Under the pieces are notes generated by a model. It saw nothing but the letters and a program-made list of their open reading frames with translations, ran no database searches and was not told the origin of the DNA. This document shows positions 44,762 through 55,671 of a stretch of DNA of 64,000 nt, piece after piece (position 1 is the first letter of the stretch; each line of letters begins with the position of its first letter). A program made the position numbers and the translations under genes. Origin of the DNA: Nocardioides sp. (GTDB lineage: Bacteria > Actinomycetota > Actinomycetes > Propionibacteriales > Nocardioidaceae); NCBI RefSeq assembly GCF_025964975.1, contig NZ_JAOPXV010000206.1:8020-72019 (forward strand), written 5' to 3'.

Positions 44762-47374
44762 ATGCGCAGAAGCCTGGCCATCATCGCCGCCACCACCCTC
44801 GTCGCCGCGGGGGGTCTCGCCTCCACGGTGGGGTCCATCACGGCGTCCGCCAGCCCGGCCGACGACTACGTCGGGCCCTACTTCGGGGACAAGAACCTCC
44901 CGCCGGGCTGCATCAAGGACATGAGCCGGGACAACCCGGACAACGTCTGCTACCACGCCAAGGTCGGCCTCAACGCCCTGGACACCCCCAAGGTCGATGT
45001 GGCCGTGCTCGTCCCCGCGTCGCCCACGGCGGAGCGTGACCTCCGGATCGTGCGCCAGGCCGCCAAGGCCTGGGAGGGCGGCATCGACTACCTGTCCGGC
45101 GAGATGGGCCTCGACTGGCTGCAGGAGGGCGTGGACTTCAACATCTCCGCCGACATCGTCAGCCTCACCGGTGGCGAGCAGCCGAGCACCTACCCGTTGT
45201 ACGACCCGGAGATCGTCATCGTCGCGACCAACCCGGTCGGCGGAATCGGCATCGGCATCGACCCGGTCTACCTCACCGACTCGCTGGGCGTCATGGACGA
45301 GAACGGCGTCCCGTGCCACAACATCGACAACCCGTTCGCGCTGGAGACCTGGGAGGGCATGCCCGGCTACGACGGGCACCACGGTGAGGGTGGCGGCTAC
45401 TACGTCGAGGACTGCGGTGGGGCCGGCGGCAACGTGTGCTTCTCGGTCAACGGCGCCATCGACCCGGTGCCGGGCAAGACCGACACCTTCTCCTTGTTCG
45501 ACCTGGTCCTGCACGAGACGGGTCACTGCCTGACGCTCGGCCACGTGGGCGACGGCGCTGAGGGCGCGTGGGGTTCCGTCCCGACCACCGACATCATGGC
45601 CTACAGCGCCGACCCGGCCGGCCAGAACAAGTGCGTCTCCACGCTCAACGTCGAAGGCTTCGCGACCCGGATGAGCCACTACCTCGACGTGAACGGCGAT
45701 GGCGCCGTCACCGAGAGCGACCACATCCACCCCAACGACGTGGCAGGCGACGGGACGAACTCCTTCCAGGTGCAACACCCCGACGACCACCTCTACGCCT
45801 CGTCGACCGGCTCGGTGTGGGACTGCCCGCAGCCCGACCTGGGCCTCGTGCCCGGTACGCCGACGGACTGGACGCCGGAGCCTGAGGAGACCACCACCCC
45901 CGTCCTGACGGTCACCGACCCGGGCCACGGCGCGGAGACCAGCGACGGTCACGTCCACGTCGCGGGCACCGTCGAGCGCCAGGCACACGGAGCGCCCACC
46001 TCCCCCACCGCCTCGCACGACGACTCCGAGGGTGACTCGCTCACCAGCGTCACCGACATCCAGAACATCCAGGCCGAGGTGACGGACCTCGACGTCGTCG
46101 CGACGGTCAAGGTGACCGACCTCTGGCCCGAGGGCGTGGTGGGTCTGCCGAAGTACGGCGTCAGCATCGGCGGACGCGAGATCGAGTCGACCATCCCCGA
46201 CCCCAGGACCCCTACCCGCGTGGTCACCTACGACCACTCGATGGAGACCTACCTGCCGAGCGAGTGGTCGCAGTGGGACGCGACCGCCAACACGGTCACC
46301 TTCCGCATCCCGCGCAGCTACCTGGCCGGCGCCAAGGTCGTCGCGCCGTACGACGTCTTCGCGCTGACCAGCTATCGCTCGCCCAGCCACATGTGGACCG
46401 TCGTCGCTGACGACCGCGCTCCCGACAAGGGATCGATCGGGGTCGCGGCCCCCGCGGGGCAGGCCGCCGCGAGCGGCACGTCCTCCTCGTCGGGGTCGAG
46501 CGGTGGCTCCTCCGCGGGCGGCCTGCTCAACCCCGTCGTCCTCGAGCGGTCCGGCGGCAACAAGTTCGCCGTCACCGACAGCACCCTCGGCGCGACGGGC
46601 GGACCCGGGCACACGTTCAGCCTGCCCGTGCCGGAGAAGAGCACCGTCGAGCTGCTGCTCAGCTGGCCGGACTCCAGCGACCTCGACATGACCGTGACCG
46701 GGGCAGCGTCAGGAACGGCTGCCACCGCCGGCCAGCCCGAGCGGCTCGTCCTCGAGGACGTCCAGGGCACGCTGGACATCAAGGTCGACCCCTACCTCGT
46801 CGTCGGGGTGCCCTCCACGACGTACACCCTGCAGGCCACGATCCTCCCCGCCGGCACCGGCGGCGGAGGTGCTCCGGTCGACTCCGACGGGGACGGCGTG
46901 AGCGACGACGCGGACGCCTGCCCCGGCGTGGCGGGCACCGGGAGCACCGGTTGTCCTGTCCCCTCGGACGAGACCGTGACGGTCTACGTCGACGGTGTGG
47001 CCACTGCGAGCGAGGACGTCGAGTCCAGCAACGGCCCCGACAGCTTCGCCCTCGACGTCACCGTCCCCACCGGGACCCACGAGCTGAAGACGGTGTGGAC
47101 GCAGGACGACGAGGTGCTCGCCAGCGACGTGCGGACCGTCGTCCACACGGCTCCCGGCGTGGACCGCGACGGTGACGGGATCGCGGACTCCCGTGACAAC
47201 TGCGTGAAGCAGCCCAACGCCGACCAGGCCGACCTCGACCGTGACGGCCAGGGCGACGCCTGCGACGGCGACATCGACGGCGACGGGCACTCCAACGCCA
47301 AGGAGCGCTCGGCGGGCACCGATCCCTACGACCCGAGGTCCTACCCCGGCCGCAAGAAGGGCAGGTTGGCCTAG
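44762..47374 (+). CDS. secreted zinc-metalloprotease-like protein (metzincin-type motif) with a PPC-like domain and thrombospondin type 3 repeats
   Basis: ATG 44762 with GAAGGAAG upstream, followed by a signal peptide. HETGHCLTLGH lies at 45512-45544, then TTDIMAYS. A PPC-like segment follows. The tail has DSDGDGVSDDADACP and DRDGDGIADSRDNC...DLDRDGQGDACDGDIDGDG repeats. Confidence 0.75.
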   Translation: MRRSLAIIAATTLVAAGGLASTVGSITASASPADDYVGPYFGDKNLPPGCIKDMSRDNPDNVCYHAKVGLNALDTPKVDVAVLVPASPTAERDLRIVRQAAKAWEGGIDYLSGEMGLDWLQEGVDFNISADIVSLTGGEQPSTYPLYDPEIVIVATNPVGGIGIGIDPVYLTDSLGVMDENGVPCHNIDNPFALETWEGMPGYDGHHGEGGGYYVEDCGGAGGNVCFSVNGAIDPVPGKTDTFSLFDLVLHETGHCLTLGHVGDGAEGAWGSVPTTDIMAYSADPAGQNKCVSTLNVEGFATRMSHYLDVNGDGAVTESDHIHPNDVAGDGTNSFQVQHPDDHLYASSTGSVWDCPQPDLGLVPGTPTDWTPEPEETTTPVLTVTDPGHGAETSDGHVHVAGTVERQAHGAPTSPTASHDDSEGDSLTSVTDIQNIQAEVTDLDVVATVKVTDLWPEGVVGLPKYGVSIGGREIESTIPDPRTPTRVVTYDHSMETYLPSEWSQWDATANTVTFRIPRSYLAGAKVVAPYDVFALTSYRSPSHMWTVVADDRAPDKGSIGVAAPAGQAAASGTSSSSGSSGGSSAGGLLNPVVLERSGGNKFAVTDSTLGATGGPGHTFSLPVPEKSTVELLLSWPDSSDLDMTVTGAASGTAATAGQPERLVLEDVQGTLDIKVDPYLVVGVPSTTYTLQATILPAGTGGGGAPVDSDGDGVSDDADACPGVAGTGSTGCPVPSDETVTVYVDGVATASEDVESSNGPDSFALDVTVPTGTHELKTVWTQDDEVLASDVRTVVHTAPGVDRDGDGIADSRDNCVKQPNADQADLDRDGQGDACDGDIDGDGHSNAKERSAGTDPYDPRSYPGRKKGRLA

Positions 47375-47390
47375 GACCGATGCGGCTGCT

Positions 47391-47422
47391 TCAGGCGGCG
47401 GCCCTCGACTGCCGCCGCCTGA
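47391..47422. terminator. 12-bp GC hairpin at the convergent junction, overlapping the last codons of the Pr6Pr-like gene
   Basis: TCAGGCGGCGGC-N8-GCCGCCGCCTGA, read directly, 17 nt after the metalloprotease stop. Confidence 0.4.
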
Positions 47423-48101
47423 GCACGATGTCGACGCGCCAGAAGATCGCCGCCAGGGCCAGCGCGAAGAGCAGCACGAAGAACAGGTTGCCGGCGACCG
47501 TGGCGTAGCCCAGCTCCACGACGTTGGCGAAGCCGTAGGGGTAGGCGTCGATGGCGGCGCCACGGGCGAGCATCCACACGATCCACAGCAGGGGTACGGC
47601 GAGTGCGCCCGGCACCAGCCGCGCAGTGATCCAGCCGCGCGGACCCCACACCGCCCAGACGACGACGGTCACGAGCGGGGTGACGGCGTGGAGGAGCGGG
47701 TCGGTCAGCAGCGACCAGCCCTCCACGTCGATGGCCGGCGCCAGGACCACCTGGTAGACGATCGCGGTGACGGTGATCATCAGCAGCGACGACAGCCGGA
47801 GCACCCGCCGGGCCACGGTGTCCCGCAGGGGGTCCAGCGCCAGCAGGGTCAGCATCACGGCGACCGCGATGGTGGACCAGATGGTGAAGTAGCTGAGGGT
47901 GTCGACCACCCGCGCGAGTGCGCCGGCGGCGCCGTCCGGGGTGTCGCCGTACAACCCAGGATCCACCGGCGCGTCCCTGTACCACCCGAGCGCCGAGAAC
48001 AGCACCGTCAGCACGACCCCCGTCCACGCCACGCCGGAGTTCAGGGCGTAGGCCCGGTGGGCGGTCCGGCTGGTCGGCGTCTGCGTGGTCGTCTCGGTCA
48101 C
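47391..48101 (-). CDS. Pr6Pr-family-like integral membrane protein
   Basis: 236 aa, GTG start, six TM segments, with the LSYFTIWSTIAV motif. The family call is from memory. Confidence 0.6.
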   Translation of the reverse strand: MTETTTQTPTSRTAHRAYALNSGVAWTGVVLTVLFSALGWYRDAPVDPGLYGDTPDGAAGALARVVDTLSYFTIWSTIAVAVMLTLLALDPLRDTVARRVLRLSSLLMITVTAIVYQVVLAPAIDVEGWSLLTDPLLHAVTPLVTVVVWAVWGPRGWITARLVPGALAVPLLWIVWMLARGAAIDAYPYGFANVVELGYATVAGNLFFVLLFALALAAIFWRVDIVLRRRQSRAAA

Positions 48102-48139
48102 GACGGCAGTATGGGGCCAAGACGCCGTGACGCACGAGA

Positions 48140-48164
48140 GCCCCGCGGCACGACGCCGCGGGGC
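48140..48164 (-). terminator. katG terminator hairpin
   Basis: GCCCCGCGGC-ACGAC-GCCGCGGGGC, a 10-bp perfect stem 20 nt downstream of the katG stop. Confidence 0.6.
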
Positions 48165-48183
48165 CCTCGAGAGTGCAACGCGG

Positions 48184-50954
<2,771 letters not shown>

Positions 50955-50970
50955 GTAAAGCCGGTAGGGA

Positions 50971-51123
50971 TCAGGGGCGGACGTCCGGCACGTCTGCGCC
51001 AGGCTCTGCTTCGGGGATGGGCGCGGACGGCTGGTCGTCGGGGTCCACGGGATCCATGCTCGGGTCACCGGCCGGCGCCAGCCCGGGTTCGGAGTCGGGC
51101 TCGGCAGGGGTGCTGGTCATCAT
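50971..51123 (-). CDS. 50-codon Pro/Asp/Glu-rich ORF coupled to the CBS gene stop
   Basis: MMTSTPAEPDSEPGLAPAGDPSMDPVDPDDQPSAPIPEAEPGADVPDVRP. 42/50 third positions are G/C. ATG 51121-51123 overlaps the CBS TGA (TGATG). Confidence 0.3.
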   Translation of the reverse strand: MMTSTPAEPDSEPGLAPAGDPSMDPVDPDDQPSAPIPEAEPGADVPDVRP

Positions 51124-51554
51124 CAGTCCGTCGACGGGGCCGACGAGATCGCTTCGACGAGGTCCGCCACGGAGTCGTCGGGCAGGTTCTTGGCGATGTC
51201 CGCCTGGCTCACCATGCCGACGAGGTCGTGCCCGTCGATCACGGGCAGGCGGCGTACGCCGTGCTGGGACATCGTCCGCAGCGCTTCCTGCACGGAGTCG
51301 TCCGCTCCGATCGTCACGGGCTTGCCCTCGGCGAGCTCGGAGACCGTGACCGTGCTGGGGTCGCCGCCGTCGGCGATGCACTTCACGACGATGTCCCGGT
51401 CGGTGACCATGCCCTGCAGCCGGTCGTCCTCGCCGCAGATGGGCAGGGCGCCGACGTCGAGGTCGCGCAGCTTCCGGGCGGCGTCGACCAGGGTGTCGGT
51501 GGACCGGGCGCACTCGACGCCTCCGGTCATGATGTCGCGCGCAGTGGTGGTCAT
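51123..51554 (-). CDS. CBS-pair domain protein
   Basis: ORF trimmed to MTTTARDIMTGGVECARSTDTL. Two CBS motifs (GALPICGEDDRLQGMVTDRDI; RRLPVIDGHDLVGMVSQADI). Confidence 0.9.
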   Translation of the reverse strand: MTTTARDIMTGGVECARSTDTLVDAARKLRDLDVGALPICGEDDRLQGMVTDRDIVVKCIADGGDPSTVTVSELAEGKPVTIGADDSVQEALRTMSQHGVRRLPVIDGHDLVGMVSQADIAKNLPDDSVADLVEAISSAPSTD

Positions 51555-51620
51555 GGCTCCTCCTGAGGCCGAGACGGATGCGGTCGCCCTCCACACAACT
51601 CCTCGCCCGCGTCGCCGACT

Positions 51621-51905
51621 TCACCCCTGTAGGTGTTCTTGCGCGACGGCGTGCAGCTTGAGGATCACGATGGTGTGGTCTCCCGCCTCGACCTCGCGAT
51701 AGATCGCGCAGTCGAAGCGGGCCAACCCCTCGTCCAGGGTCACCGCCCCTCGTCGGTGGTGCTGACCGCGACGTCGTCGAAGCGGTGTTCGACGCGTCCG
51801 GCGAGCTGGCGGCACACCGCCCCGTGGTGCTCGGCCAGGATGGTGGCCCCGAGGTGACCCGCGCGGCGCAGGGTCGGCCACGCAGGACGCGACCACCGCG
51901 GTCAC
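51621..51905 (-). pseudogene. flavin reductase C-terminal remnant with a frameshift
   Basis: LRRAGHLGATILAEHHGAVCRQLAGRVEHRFDDVAVSTTDEG stops at TGA 51740-51742. It continues in another frame as AVTLDEGLARFDCAIYREVEAGDHTIVILKLHAV. One nt is lost in the C/G run at 51746-51749. Confidence 0.6.
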
Positions 51906-52228
51906 TGGGACGCCGGTCGCGACGACCTTGGCGATGGCTCCCTGGAAGGCGTCGGCGAAGTCGATCTGGTCGGTGGCCAGCGCGCGGAGCGCCTCGGGTC
52001 CGCCCTGGACCTGACCGACGTAGTCGAGCTCGATGTCCTCGTAGTAGCCGAGCGCGTCGGCGAGCTCCGCGTAGTTCATGAGACCGGGGCCGGTCTGGCA
52101 GCGCAGGTGGTGTCGTCGGCGTCCTGGGTAGGGGCGCCGCTGGTGCCGCCGCAGGCCGAGGTCCCGGCGAGCAGGAGGGTGCCGCCGACGACGGCAGTAG
52201 CGGTACGGCGGAGCAGTTGTTGCGACAT
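51906..52228 (-). pseudogene. NitT/TauT (SsuA-like) ABC substrate-binding lipoprotein 5' remnant with a frameshift
   Basis: MSQQLLRRTATAVVGGTLLLAGTSACGG (lipobox, GAGGA before ATG 52226-52228). After a frame change near 52105-52112 it reads NYAELADALGYYEDIELDYVGQVQGGPEALRALATDQIDFADAF. It runs directly into the flavin reductase remnant. Confidence 0.55.
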
Positions 52229-52501
52229 GTTGTCCTCATTCGCGGTGGCGCGGGATGTGGGAACGATCACCACTCTAAATAAAGTCTAGTAAGTTACAAT
52301 ACTGAGAGTACGCAGCGTGTCGCACGTCACTGAGTGACCGGTGCCAGCCTGTCGCCGCCGGCGGCGCCCGTTGACCTCACCCCTGAGGGGGTAGACACGA
52401 TTTGGCACCAATGACTGGCGTGTCGGCCTCGGGAGGCGCATGCTGTGCGGTAGAGGCCGGGGGGGCACTCTCCGCCGCGCGCGGGATGGAAGGGAAAGCC
52501 C

Positions 52502-53218
52502 ATGAGTGAGACCACTGACATCGCCGCGCCGCGCGTGCCGCGGCGACGGATCGCCGTCACCACCGACGGGGCAGTCTCCACCGCCGACGGGGCCGACGGG
52601 GCCGACGAGCTCGCCGCCGCGTTGCGATACTCCATTCGGATGGCGGGCCAGATCGAGCCGTTCCTCGAGATCGGGCGGCTGCAGTGGCTGACGGCCCTCA
52701 GCGGCACCGCCGTGACTGCCCGGGTGGGACACGGTGCTGGGGAGGTCCTGCTCACCGCGGAGGTCGAGGAGCGCGGGACTCGTCAGCCCCCGCCCGTGTC
52801 CGTGGCTGCAGGAGGCGCCAATACGGCGATCAGGAAGTGCCTGCGCCGGGTGCGCGACGACCTCTACGCCGACTGGTCCGCGGTCATGACCTGGGACAAG
52901 CGGATCGTCGGTGCTCTGCTGCCGGAGGGCAGTCGGAGCGGCTCCGTCGATGTGGGCGCAGTGCTTCCCGAGGTGGGCCTACGGCTCCAGGCCGTGCTGG
53001 CGTCGCTCGACGAGACCTCCCGGGACACGGCCGTCGTCCTCGAATATCGCGGCGGCTCGCTGCTCGCGGCTGCCATCGAGGGTGACGTGCTGTTCGCCTC
53101 CGCCGACAAGTTCGACGCCGAGGTGGCCGTGCCCCTCATCGACCGGGTGCGCTCCGTGCTGGCCCCGCACGACCTCGACCTGGTGTGGACCTGGGGCGAG
53201 AGCTGGACGCAGCGCTAG
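52502..53218 (+). CDS. hypothetical protein (238 aa)
   Basis: ATG with GGAAGGGAAAG upstream and high GC3. No family is recognisable by eye. Confidence 0.6.
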   Translation: MSETTDIAAPRVPRRRIAVTTDGAVSTADGADGADELAAALRYSIRMAGQIEPFLEIGRLQWLTALSGTAVTARVGHGAGEVLLTAEVEERGTRQPPPVSVAAGGANTAIRKCLRRVRDDLYADWSAVMTWDKRIVGALLPEGSRSGSVDVGAVLPEVGLRLQAVLASLDETSRDTAVVLEYRGGSLLAAAIEGDVLFASADKFDAEVAVPLIDRVRSVLAPHDLDLVWTWGESWTQR

Positions 53219-53307
53219 GTGGGCTGTCCCCATCACCAGGTTGGACAACCTGCCTGGGCATCACAGCTAGGACACGCTCGGTCCTGATCCCTCGTTAGCG
53301 TGTCCCT

Positions 53308-53958
53308 ATGGTCGGCACACCGGGCGGGACACCAGACAGGCCAGCGACGTTCTTCGCCTCGGCGGAGAAGTTCCGGGCGTGGCTGGAGGCCAACCATGAG
53401 ACCGCGACCGAGCTCTGGATGGGGCTGCGGAAGAAGCACGTCGCCGACCGCGGACTGACCTGGGCCGACGCGGTCCCCGAGGCGCTGTGCTTCGGCTGGA
53501 TCGACAGCGTGGCTCAACGCATCGACGAGGACTCCGTGCGACAGCGCTGGACCCCGCGCAAGTCGACCAGCATCTGGAGCGCGGTCAACATCGCCCGCGT
53601 GGAACGACTCGTCGCGGAGGGCCGGATGCTGCCGGCCGGGCTGGCGGCATACGAGAAGAGGACGCCCGAACGCAGCGGGATCTACGCCTACGAGTCCGGG
53701 CGGAAGCTGAGCGACGAGCAGCGTGCGCGGTTGCTGGCCGATCCGGCGGCGGCGGCCTTCTGGGAGGTGGCGACGCCGTCGTATCGCACGGTCGCCGAGG
53801 ACTGGGTCGTCAGCGCCAAGCGCGAGCAGACCCGCGAGAGCCGACTCGTGCAGCTGATCGAGGACTCAGCGGCGGGTCGGCTGATCCCCTCGCAGCGGTA
53901 TGGCGACGAGCCGAAGTGGGTCGCCAGGGCAGCCGCCGCAGCGCGAGCCGCGACCTGA
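53308..53958 (+). CDS. YdeI/OmpD-associated family protein
   Basis: FRAWLEANHE...ELWMGL...EALCFGWIDS...RWTPRKSTSIWSAVNIARVERLVAEGRMLPAGL matches the family pattern. Confidence 0.85.
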   Translation: MVGTPGGTPDRPATFFASAEKFRAWLEANHETATELWMGLRKKHVADRGLTWADAVPEALCFGWIDSVAQRIDEDSVRQRWTPRKSTSIWSAVNIARVERLVAEGRMLPAGLAAYEKRTPERSGIYAYESGRKLSDEQRARLLADPAAAAFWEVATPSYRTVAEDWVVSAKREQTRESRLVQLIEDSAAGRLIPSQRYGDEPKWVARAAAAARAAT

Positions 53959-54021
53959 CGAGTCCACCCCCTTGGAGGAGCAGCAGCGGCTTCTCTTCAG
54001 CGGTTGGGGCATGATTCCAGC

Positions 54022-54804
54022 GTGTTCGTACGCCGCTTCGTCCCTGTCGCGCTCGTCCTGGGCGTCACCCTGACCGCCGCCCCGGCCCTCGCGGAGCCCG
54101 ACTTCACCGTGACCGCCCACCGTGGCGCACCCACCAGGACGCTCGGCGAGAACACGCTGCCGGCCTTCGGTCGTGCCCTCGCCGACGGGGCGACCGCCAT
54201 CGAGACCGACTGGCGCCGGACCAAGGACGACAGGCTCGTGGTGCTCCACGACAGCGGGGTCGGGCGGACGACCAACTGTGCCGGACCCATCGGCTCCTGG
54301 ACGCAGCGCGACCTCGTCAGGCAGTGCCGCGAGAACACGACGAAGCAGCCGATCCTCACCGCCAACGAGTCATTGAAATGGGCTGCCGAGAACGGTGCCT
54401 CGCTGATGATCGAGCTCAAGGGGAGCAACTGGTCGATCGGGCAGGTCCGTGCCGTGGTGACCCTGCTCAAGAAGTCCGACGTCTTCGAGCGGGTGGCGGT
54501 CTCCTCGCTGCGCCTCACGGTGCTCGAGCGCGTCCGGCGACTGGCGCCCCGGCTCGACACCCAGCTGATCGTCAGCGGCTGGCAGAAGGTGCGTGCCTCG
54601 CTCGGGAAGGTCCAGGGCTACAACGTGCCCGCAGCCAGCCTGACGAAGTCGCGGGTCAAGAGGTTGCACCGCAAGGGCGTGATCGTGGTGGGCGGCTACG
54701 CCGACTCACCCGCGCAGTGGGGAGCCCTGTCCCGGCTCGGCGTCGACGGCATCGTCACCCCGTCCGTGCGGGCGTACGCCACCTGGGCGGGCTCGGCGGG
54801 GTGA
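54022..54804 (+). CDS. exported glycerophosphodiester phosphodiesterase (GDPD)
   Basis: HRGAPTRTLGENTLPAFGRALADGATAIETDWRRTKDDRLVVLHD. GTG 54022 gives the signal-like start VFVRRFVPVALVLGVTLTAAPALA. The track start at 54004 is TTG. Confidence 0.8.
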   Translation: MFVRRFVPVALVLGVTLTAAPALAEPDFTVTAHRGAPTRTLGENTLPAFGRALADGATAIETDWRRTKDDRLVVLHDSGVGRTTNCAGPIGSWTQRDLVRQCRENTTKQPILTANESLKWAAENGASLMIELKGSNWSIGQVRAVVTLLKKSDVFERVAVSSLRLTVLERVRRLAPRLDTQLIVSGWQKVRASLGKVQGYNVPAASLTKSRVKRLHRKGVIVVGGYADSPAQWGALSRLGVDGIVTPSVRAYATWAGSAG

Positions 54805-54806
54805 CC

Positions 54807-55628
54807 ATGACGGGAGACGTCGACACCCGCCCCTCGTCCTCGGCCGTGGTCGGGCTCGTCGCCGCCGCTCACATCGGCCCCGCTCTCGCCGTGACCGGGC
54901 TGGCAGGCCTGCTGGCAGCCGCACAGGCACTCGACCCTGCGGTGTCCGCCCTCGTGGTGGCCGCCGTGCTGACCGGTCAGCTGTCCGTCGGCTGGAGCAA
55001 CGACCTCATCGATCTCTCCCGCGACCGCCACAACGATCGCCGCGACAAGCCCCTGGTCGCCGGCACGGTGCCGGTCGGCGTCGTCCGGGCGGCCTGCGGC
55101 ATCGCCGTACTGCTGTGTGTCGTGCTCTCCGTCGCGTGCGGTCTGGTCGCCGGCCTGGTGCATCTGGTCTGCGTTGCGGCCGCCTGGAGCTACAACCTCG
55201 GCCTCAAGTCGACGGTGTGGTCGTGGCTGCCCTACGCCGTCGCCTTCGGTGGCCTGACGGCGTTCGTCGCGCTGGCCGGCGATGCCGTGCCCCCGTGGTG
55301 GTGGCCCGTCGGCGGTGCGCTGCTCGGTGTGGGTGCGCACCTGCTCAACGTGCTCCCCGACCTCGACGACGACGCCGCGACCGGCGTCCGCGGGCTTCCG
55401 CACCGGCTGGGCCGCCGATGGATCGCTCCCGTCGCCACGGTGGTGCTGCTCGCGGCAACAGCGGTGGTGCTGCTCGGTGGGTCGCCCCCGCTCGCAGTCG
55501 CCCTGGGGGCGGGCGCCCTGGTTGCCGCTCTTGCGGTGGTCGTGGTCACTGCGCCCGGTCGCGCCCCGTTCGTCGCGGCCGTCGCGATCGCCTTGGTCGA
55601 CGCGGCAATGCTGGTGAGTGCGCGATGA
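54807..55628 (+). CDS. UbiA-family aromatic prenyltransferase
   Basis: ATG lies 2 nt after the GDPD stop. Asp-rich motifs NDLIDLSRD and DLDDD. Eight to nine TM segments. Confidence 0.85.
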   Translation: MTGDVDTRPSSSAVVGLVAAAHIGPALAVTGLAGLLAAAQALDPAVSALVVAAVLTGQLSVGWSNDLIDLSRDRHNDRRDKPLVAGTVPVGVVRAACGIAVLLCVVLSVACGLVAGLVHLVCVAAAWSYNLGLKSTVWSWLPYAVAFGGLTAFVALAGDAVPPWWWPVGGALLGVGAHLLNVLPDLDDDAATGVRGLPHRLGRRWIAPVATVVLLAATAVVLLGGSPPLAVALGAGALVAALAVVVVTAPGRAPFVAAVAIALVDAAMLVSAR

Positions 55629-55671
55629 CCAACCCGTCCCGTCGTCCCTGCACGCCCACCAGGAAGTTGCC

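Noticed and set aside
44648-46612. 654-aa minus-strand ORF
   Set aside because: It is antisense to the secreted metalloprotease-like gene. The sequence is low-complexity Arg/Gly/Val/Asp with no start context.
50971-52239. 422-aa minus-strand ORF
   Set aside because: It is a shadow or alternative frame across the CBS gene and the relic region. Only its last 50 codons are considered, separately and at low confidence.
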